43,042 nucleotides of DNA from a virus, in IMG/VR virus record IMGVR_UViG_3300029590_000018, one strand, 5' to 3'. Under the pieces are notes generated by a model, which was not told the origin of the DNA, ran no database searches, and saw nothing but the letters and a program-made list of their open reading frames with translations. This document shows positions 39,170 through 43,042 of this stretch, piece by piece (the stretch's first letter is position 1; the number at the start of each line of letters is the position of its first letter). A program made the position numbers and the translations under genes.

Positions 39170-39916
39170 TCAGCAGCCGCAACCGGATCCACATCCACCA
39201 TAGCCGCTACCCGCCCACGGGTTGCAGGTAATGTAAGCGGGAGAAGGGCACGGGCGAAGCTGCGAAATAAGATAGTTGTTCTGCGCAGACTGAGACGCCG
39301 CCAGACGCAGCTCCTGATTTGCACTCTCCAGATCGCGCATCTTGGAGTTGGTCAGGAAGTCCAGAATGGCGCGGCTGTTGGCGTTCTGATTCTCCACGAT
39401 GTCGCGGGTCGCGTTCTGCACCGTGTTGCGCGTGTCGCACGCCTGCGCGGCCATGTCGTAGCGCACGCCCTCGATGCTGCGCTGGGTGTTGCAGCAGCAC
39501 TCGGCGGCCTGCATCTGCATGGCGTTGAGCTGCTGCATCAGTGCGGCCTGCTGGTTGGCGCGGGACAGCTCCGCGGTCTGGAAACCGTTGTTCATGTTTT
39601 GGTTGACACCGGCAAAGCCGTTCAGCAGCGTGGTGTTCGCGGCATAGAAGCCATCGCACAGCCCACCGTTGATGAGATCCATCTTGCGCTCAATGTTGGC
39701 AAAATCGGAAGACAGCACATAGCCGTCTACCACGCCGCCGGAATTGCCGCCGTTGTTGCCCCAGCCGTTATTACCCCAGCCAAGGAAGGCAAACAGGAAC
39801 AGGATGATGATGAACCAACTGCCATTACCATCCCATCCAAAACCGCCGTTGCCGCCGGAGTTAGTGGGTGCCACGGGCATTGTCAGCATGGGAGCGCCGT
39901 CAGAAGAAAGAGACAT
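39170..39916 (-). CDS. Gly/Asn-rich membrane protein with Q/N-rich coiled coil and Cys-rich C-terminus, accessory cassette gene 5
   Basis: 248 aa. GGNGGFGWDGNGSWFIIILFLFAFLGWGNNGWGNNGG, central Q/N-rich region with an internal CCC, C-terminal GYGGCGSGCGC. Confidence 0.6.
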   Translation of the reverse strand: MSLSSDGAPMLTMPVAPTNSGGNGGFGWDGNGSWFIIILFLFAFLGWGNNGWGNNGGNSGGVVDGYVLSSDFANIERKMDLINGGLCDGFYAANTTLLNGFAGVNQNMNNGFQTAELSRANQQAALMQQLNAMQMQAAECCCNTQRSIEGVRYDMAAQACDTRNTVQNATRDIVENQNANSRAILDFLTNSKMRDLESANQELRLAASQSAQNNYLISQLRPCPSPAYITCNPWAGSGYGGCGSGCGC

Positions 39917-39947
39917 AGAAAAACTCCTTTCAGTTTTTTATTATCAA

Positions 39948-39961
39948 ATCGTGGCCACGAT
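39948..39961. promoter_or_regulatory. Perfect 14-bp palindrome ATCGTGGCCACGAT upstream of 39170..39916
   Basis: Read directly. Lies just upstream of a GATAAT -10-like hexamer on the minus strand. Confidence 0.4.
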
Positions 39962-39989
39962 ATTGATTAACCTAACAATTTAGCAAACA

Positions 39990-40040
39990 CTTTGCTTAAA
40001 CTTTGCTTAAACTTGCTTAAACTTGCTTAAACTTGCTTAC
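39990..40040. repeat. Five tandem 10-11-bp repeats (CTTTGCTTAAA x2, CTTGCTTAAA x2, CTTGCTTAC)
   Basis: Read directly. The period matches the helical repeat, and the last unit contains the stop codon of 40037..40237. Confidence 0.9.
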
Positions 40041-40237
40041 TGCATCAGGCTTTGGAACTGCTTCGCCATCTGCTGCAACTGGTTCAGCTGAGCTTGTGAG
40101 AGTTTCCCGCTCTGCAAGAGCTTTTCGACCTCTGCTTTGGGGTCTCCATGAAAATTTGCCTTGAACTGCTGGAACTGCTGCACCATCTGCATAAAGCCGT
40201 TGCCGCCGCCCATTGCACCGAAAAACGGATTATTCAT
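40037..40237 (-). CDS. Small Q-rich protein (66 aa), accessory cassette gene 4
   Basis: ORF with RBS AAGGAGGA. Sequence includes QMVQQFQQFKANFHGDPKAEVEKLLQSGKLSQAQLNQLQQMAKQFQ. Confidence 0.55.
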   Translation of the reverse strand: MNNPFFGAMGGGNGFMQMVQQFQQFKANFHGDPKAEVEKLLQSGKLSQAQLNQLQQMAKQFQSLMQ

Positions 40238-40640
40238 CGCTCTTTTCCTCCTTGTGCTTCTTGCCCTTCATTTCGCTCACAAGCGCCGCCAGCGCGTCGA
40301 ACTCTTTACGGGTCACATATTCCGCAGCGGGCGCTTTCTGCGCGTCAGGGGCGCTTGCAAGCCGCTCTACAAGGTCGTATACTTTGAGCGTCGGCTTGCC
40401 GCTTGCATCGGCCTGTTTCAGGTACACCGTGGGAGCCGTAGAATCCCACAGCGCCACCGCCGCATTGGGCGCGACCATCCAGCTTCTTGCCTCCTGTTCG
40501 CCGGATACCCACTGCACGCCGCTCTGCGGCAGAGGATTTTGCGGCATCGGCGGAATGGCCTGCATCTGCTGCTGCCTCAGCTGGGCAAGGTTGTCCTGCA
40601 TCGGCGGCATATAGGGGTTTCCGTAGTAAGGATAGTTCAT
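40230..40640 (-). CDS. P/Q-rich N-terminus protein with a globular C-terminal domain (136 aa), accessory cassette gene 3
   Basis: ORF with an ATGA overlap with the upstream gene. Confidence 0.55.
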   Translation of the reverse strand: MNYPYYGNPYMPPMQDNLAQLRQQQMQAIPPMPQNPLPQSGVQWVSGEQEARSWMVAPNAAVALWDSTAPTVYLKQADASGKPTLKVYDLVERLASAPDAQKAPAAEYVTRKEFDALAALVSEMKGKKHKEEKSDE

Positions 40641-41020
40641 GCTTCATCCGTCCTTTCCCAGTAATACAATACGTTCTCATTGCTGCTGTCCCAGCTGTCC
40701 CAGATCGTGCCATTTTGCACGCAGACCACATGACCGGACAGGGCCAGAATATAGGTGCCTACCGGGTGATCCTCCGCAAACTGTCCCACCGTGTAGCAAT
40801 CAGGGCAAGTGTCCGGCACGATGTACCGCCGGTATCCGATGCTGCGGAGATACCGGCCCCAGCAAGCATTTGCAGACGGCATATCGCCATCCAAATACCC
40901 TTCTATTGCAAGTGCAAGATACGTTGCGCCCCAGTCCATACCGGTGGCTTTCGATATGGCTCTGACGGTACAATCGCCTACATTTTTACCTCGTGGATTT
41001 CCATTGTAATAGCTATACAT
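40637..41020 (-). CDS. Hypothetical protein with possible papain-like Cys...His...Asp arrangement (127 aa), accessory cassette gene 2
   Basis: NVGDCTVRAIS (Cys), LSGHVVCV (His), WDSWDS (Asp). Fold assignment is speculative. Confidence 0.5.
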   Translation of the reverse strand: MYSYYNGNPRGKNVGDCTVRAISKATGMDWGATYLALAIEGYLDGDMPSANACWGRYLRSIGYRRYIVPDTCPDCYTVGQFAEDHPVGTYILALSGHVVCVQNGTIWDSWDSSNENVLYYWERTDEA

Positions 41021-41162
41021 ATTCGCGCCTATCGTCGTGGAAAAGCTCTACAATTCGCGCAAGGGAACGCAATCCAGCGGCGTCATCTTCGTATTGATTG
41101 CATATATCACGTGCCATATCCGCCGTATACCCACACATCAACAGCCGTTCCATTACGCTCAT
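41013..41162 (-). CDS. Small hypothetical protein (49 aa), accessory cassette gene 1
   Basis: Own translation: MSVMERLLMCGYTADMARDICNQYEDDAAGLRSLARIVELFHDDRREYV. RBS AAGGGGGTG. Overlaps the next start. Confidence 0.4.
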   Translation of the reverse strand: MSVMERLLMCGYTADMARDICNQYEDDAAGLRSLARIVELFHDDRREYV

Positions 41163-41198
41163 TTCGCCGCACCCCCTTGTATATCTATAAAATACAGC

Positions 41199-41242
41199 AA
41201 AAAAGACCCAACAAAGACCTTTTTCAGGCTCTTTGTTGGGTC
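41199..41242 (-). terminator. Rho-independent terminator after the lysis/regulator genes
   Basis: GACCCAACAAAGA(N12)TCTTTGTTGGGTC followed by TTTTTT on the minus strand. Confidence 0.8.
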
Positions 41243-41248
41243 TTTACT

Positions 41249-41488
41249 TTATGGGTTTTTGATATGGTCGGCAATCTTTTGGTAACCGTTGCGGCGGCGC
41301 TTCTTGACATACTCGACCGACGCAAACAGGCTGTTTGCCACCTGCTGTCTGGATTGTTGCTTGACGTCGCACGCGATGATGCAAAACGCCTCGTCTCCCG
41401 GAAGATCAAGCGCGGCGATGTAATCAATGGCACGCTGAGGGGCCATACTGCGCAGCTTTGCGCGGATGTCTCGGTAAGTTGTATTCAT
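41249..41488 (-). CDS. Small sigma-70 region-4-like HTH protein (79 aa)
   Basis: ...QVANSLFASVEYVKKRRRNGYQKIA resembles a region-4 / LuxR-type HTH. No obvious RBS; a TATAAT lies 4 nt upstream of the ATG. Confidence 0.45.
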   Translation of the reverse strand: MNTTYRDIRAKLRSMAPQRAIDYIAALDLPGDEAFCIIACDVKQQSRQQVANSLFASVEYVKKRRRNGYQKIADHIKNP

Positions 41489-41602
41489 GGCGATTATATT
41501 CGCCGTGGACTTGCGGAGCTTTGGCGGAAACAGGGGGTCGGCGCATCGTTGCCCCGGTTTCGTCCAGATTTTTAAACCCGTTACTTTGACGCTCTCTTCA
41601 CA

Positions 41603-42286
41603 TCATCTTGAACCTTCCCGGATAAAACCGTCAAACCCGGCGTCCTTCAAACGCTGGAGCATCTTCTCGGCGTTGGCGCGGACTGCGAAGGCCCCCACCT
41701 GGACCCGATACAGGGTATCGCCCTGGGCAGGCTCGGAGGGCTTGGGGGTCTCCTGCCTGGCCGGGACGTAGGTCACGCCCAGGTACTTGCACAGGCCCTT
41801 GGCGATGGCCTCACCGATGGCCGTGGTGTGCTCCACGATCCACTTGGCGCCCTCGGCGGTGTCGTGGAACTCGCACTCGCAGTACACCGACGGCGCATTA
41901 GGTACACGCACCTCGTAGTAACTGGCCTTCTGGATGTTTTCGGAGGTGCCGGGGGACAGCGGGGCCAGCTCCGCGAACACCGCCTTGCAGGCGTCGTAGC
42001 CCTTGCCGGGGATAGCAAAGCAGAACATCCGGGTGCCCATGACCTTGCCGTTAAAGGCGTTGGTGTGGACGCAGTTGTGGATGTCCGCGTGCCAGGCGTC
42101 GGACTCGGCGCATCGCTGGGCCATGGTGGTGCCGAAGGCAGCCAGCTTCACCTCCACGCCGCTGCGGCGCAGAGCGGCAGCCTCCGCTTCGGCGATCTTC
42201 TGGCACTGGACGTGCTCATTGGTATTGCCCCAGGCATAGCGGTTTTCCGTCTGGTCGCTGGGGCTGATGTACACTCGCTTACTCAT
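41603..42286 (-). CDS. Endolysin: N-acetylmuramoyl-L-alanine amidase (Amidase_3-like) with C-terminal SPOR domain
   Basis: Amidase-type VHTNAFNG motif. C-terminal YRVQVGAFAVRANAEKMLQRLKDAGFDGFI is a SPOR signature. Follows the holin. Confidence 0.8.
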   Translation of the reverse strand: MSKRVYISPSDQTENRYAWGNTNEHVQCQKIAEAEAAALRRSGVEVKLAAFGTTMAQRCAESDAWHADIHNCVHTNAFNGKVMGTRMFCFAIPGKGYDACKAVFAELAPLSPGTSENIQKASYYEVRVPNAPSVYCECEFHDTAEGAKWIVEHTTAIGEAIAKGLCKYLGVTYVPARQETPKPSEPAQGDTLYRVQVGAFAVRANAEKMLQRLKDAGFDGFIREGSR

Positions 42287-42752
42287 CGTTGTCGTCCTCC
42301 TCTCCCGGCAGCTTGTCTGCCGCCGTGTCCTCAGTGTGTACTTTCAACTTCTTGAGCAGGGTCTGGAGGAAACCAGGCACCGGTGCACCAATGGCAGACA
42401 CATTCTCCAGGATGGACAGCAGCTCGTTGATCACCAGCCAGATAATGACAATGCTGGCAAACAGGAACTCCACCGGCCAGTCCCAGCCCAGGGTGTCGGC
42501 TCCGTAGCGCAGCAGCCAGTCTACCACAGCAGCTACCGCGACGATGACCAGGTATCCAACCTTCTTTAGGATGCCCCGCAGGCCCACCCGGGAGGACAGT
42601 TCCCCGGCGTTCCATGCCTTGGTCATGCCCGTGGCGTAGTCCAGCAGCATCACCACCACCAGCACCAGCACCGGCACCAGCAGCTGCACCCCGTAGGCAC
42701 ACAGCGCCCCCAGGGCTGCCGCCAGCGCGGCCTTGATCGTGTTTTCTTTCAT
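42279..42752 (-). CDS. Holin (LL-H / Phage_holin_4-type)
   Basis: 157 aa, multiple TM helices, LDYATGMTKAW...GILKKVGYL motif, acidic C-terminus. Immediately upstream of the endolysin. Confidence 0.8.
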   Translation of the reverse strand: MKENTIKAALAAALGALCAYGVQLLVPVLVLVVVMLLDYATGMTKAWNAGELSSRVGLRGILKKVGYLVIVAVAAVVDWLLRYGADTLGWDWPVEFLFASIVIIWLVINELLSILENVSAIGAPVPGFLQTLLKKLKVHTEDTAADKLPGEEDDNDE

Positions 42753-42788
42753 GTAAAATCTCCTTTCCTGCCGCTCTGGGCGGCGTGA

Positions 42789-43042
42789 TTACTGCGTGAA
42801 TGCCTTGGCCGACAGATTGCCGCTGTTGTCCACGGCGATGGTGTACAGGGTGCCGTTGGGGGCCTGCACAAATACGTTGGCCATGTTCTGCTTGACCTCG
42901 TCCCCGAACTGCATGGGGGTGCCCACCCACACCTGCTTATAGGTGATCTCCTGGTTCTTGGTGATGATGGCCCCGGCGGCATCACCGTTGCCCACGATAC
43001 GAATGAACGCCACACTGAGATCGTTAATGGTAATACTAAAGC
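42789..43042 (-). CDS. C-terminal end of the tailspike gene that starts at 1927 (wraps the contig junction)
   Basis: The reading frame of the 74-aa ORF stays open upstream to the window end and is contiguous, through the 84-bp overlap, with the frame of 1..1927. Confidence 0.8.
   Translation of the reverse strand, partial: FSITINDLSVAFIRIVGNGDAAGAIITKNQEITYKQVWVGTPMQFGDEVKQNMANVFVQAPNGTLYTIAVDNSGNLSAKAFTQ
42959..43042. repeat. Terminal direct repeat copy 2 (identical to 1..84)
   Basis: Exact match to nt 1-84. Confidence 0.95.

Larger units (their letters stand above)
1..43042. mobile_element. Complete temperate siphovirus-like phage/prophage genome (circularly closed contig, unique length 42,958 bp)
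   Basis: Full set of lysogeny, recombination, replication, packaging, head, tail and lysis modules. Terminal 84-bp overlap. One gene spans the junction. Confidence 0.9.

Noticed and set aside
39990-40040. Tandem repeats as a possible CRISPR array
   Set aside because: The units are 10-11 bp and directly abutting, with no spacers, and there are no cas genes. It is a simple tandem repeat.
41489-41500. TATAAT 4 nt upstream of the ATG of 41249..41488, as a leaderless-mRNA promoter
   Set aside because: There is no recognisable -35, and the spacing is slightly short. It cannot be supported from sequence alone.
40487-41575. 362-aa plus-strand ORF
   Set aside because: It crosses four minus-strand genes and a strong terminator hairpin. 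It has no RBS, and its composition is not protein-like.

Overview
The window is one complete temperate siphovirus-type phage or prophage genome. The contig closes on itself: nt 1-84 are identical to nt 42959-43042, giving a unique length of 42,958 bp, and a tailspike gene reads across the junction. The protein families point to a Gram-positive, Clostridia-like host (inference): SPP1-like portal and MuF, PBSX-type terminase, Amidase_3+SPOR endolysin, LL-H-type holin, large serine integrase.

Nearly all genes are on the minus strand. Reading leftward from a lysogeny switch at about 34.3-34.5 kb, the order is:
- cro-like regulator
- recombination module (YqaJ exonuclease, DUF1351, RecT, NinB-like, HNH-like, SSB)
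- replication module (DnaD-like organizer, DnaC-like loader, DUF1064)
- DNA-modification island (PAPS-reductase-like enzyme, C5 cytosine methyltransferase, Dam-like methyltransferase)
- small early genes, then a late activator
- a 943-bp non-coding block carrying tRNA-Gln and an aberrant tRNA-like element
- terS, terL, portal, MuF-toxin fusion, scaffold, capsid, connectors, tail, tape measure, Dit/Tal, receptor-binding protein, fibres, beta-helix tailspike
- holin and endolysin
- an eight-gene accessory cassette of unknown function (41162..37911)

The plus strand carries only the cI-like repressor operon and a small-ORF, membrane-anchored XRE, serine-integrase operon.

The most unusual observations are:
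1. A large, helix-rich non-coding region with embedded tRNAs just upstream of terS. It is a candidate ROOL/GOLLD-type or novel phage RNA.
2. A C5-methyltransferase whose motif I-II module sits at the C-terminus (circular permutation). Its catalytic PCQ motif is also broken by a 4-nt insertion with an in-frame TAG.
3. A low-complexity, Cys-rich, C1q-like accessory cassette with its own regulatory region.
4. A MuF head protein fused to a PBECR-type nuclease toxin.
5. An apparent face-to-face promoter switch with 22-bp-phased repeats.

All functional calls rest on my own reading of motifs. No database search was possible.
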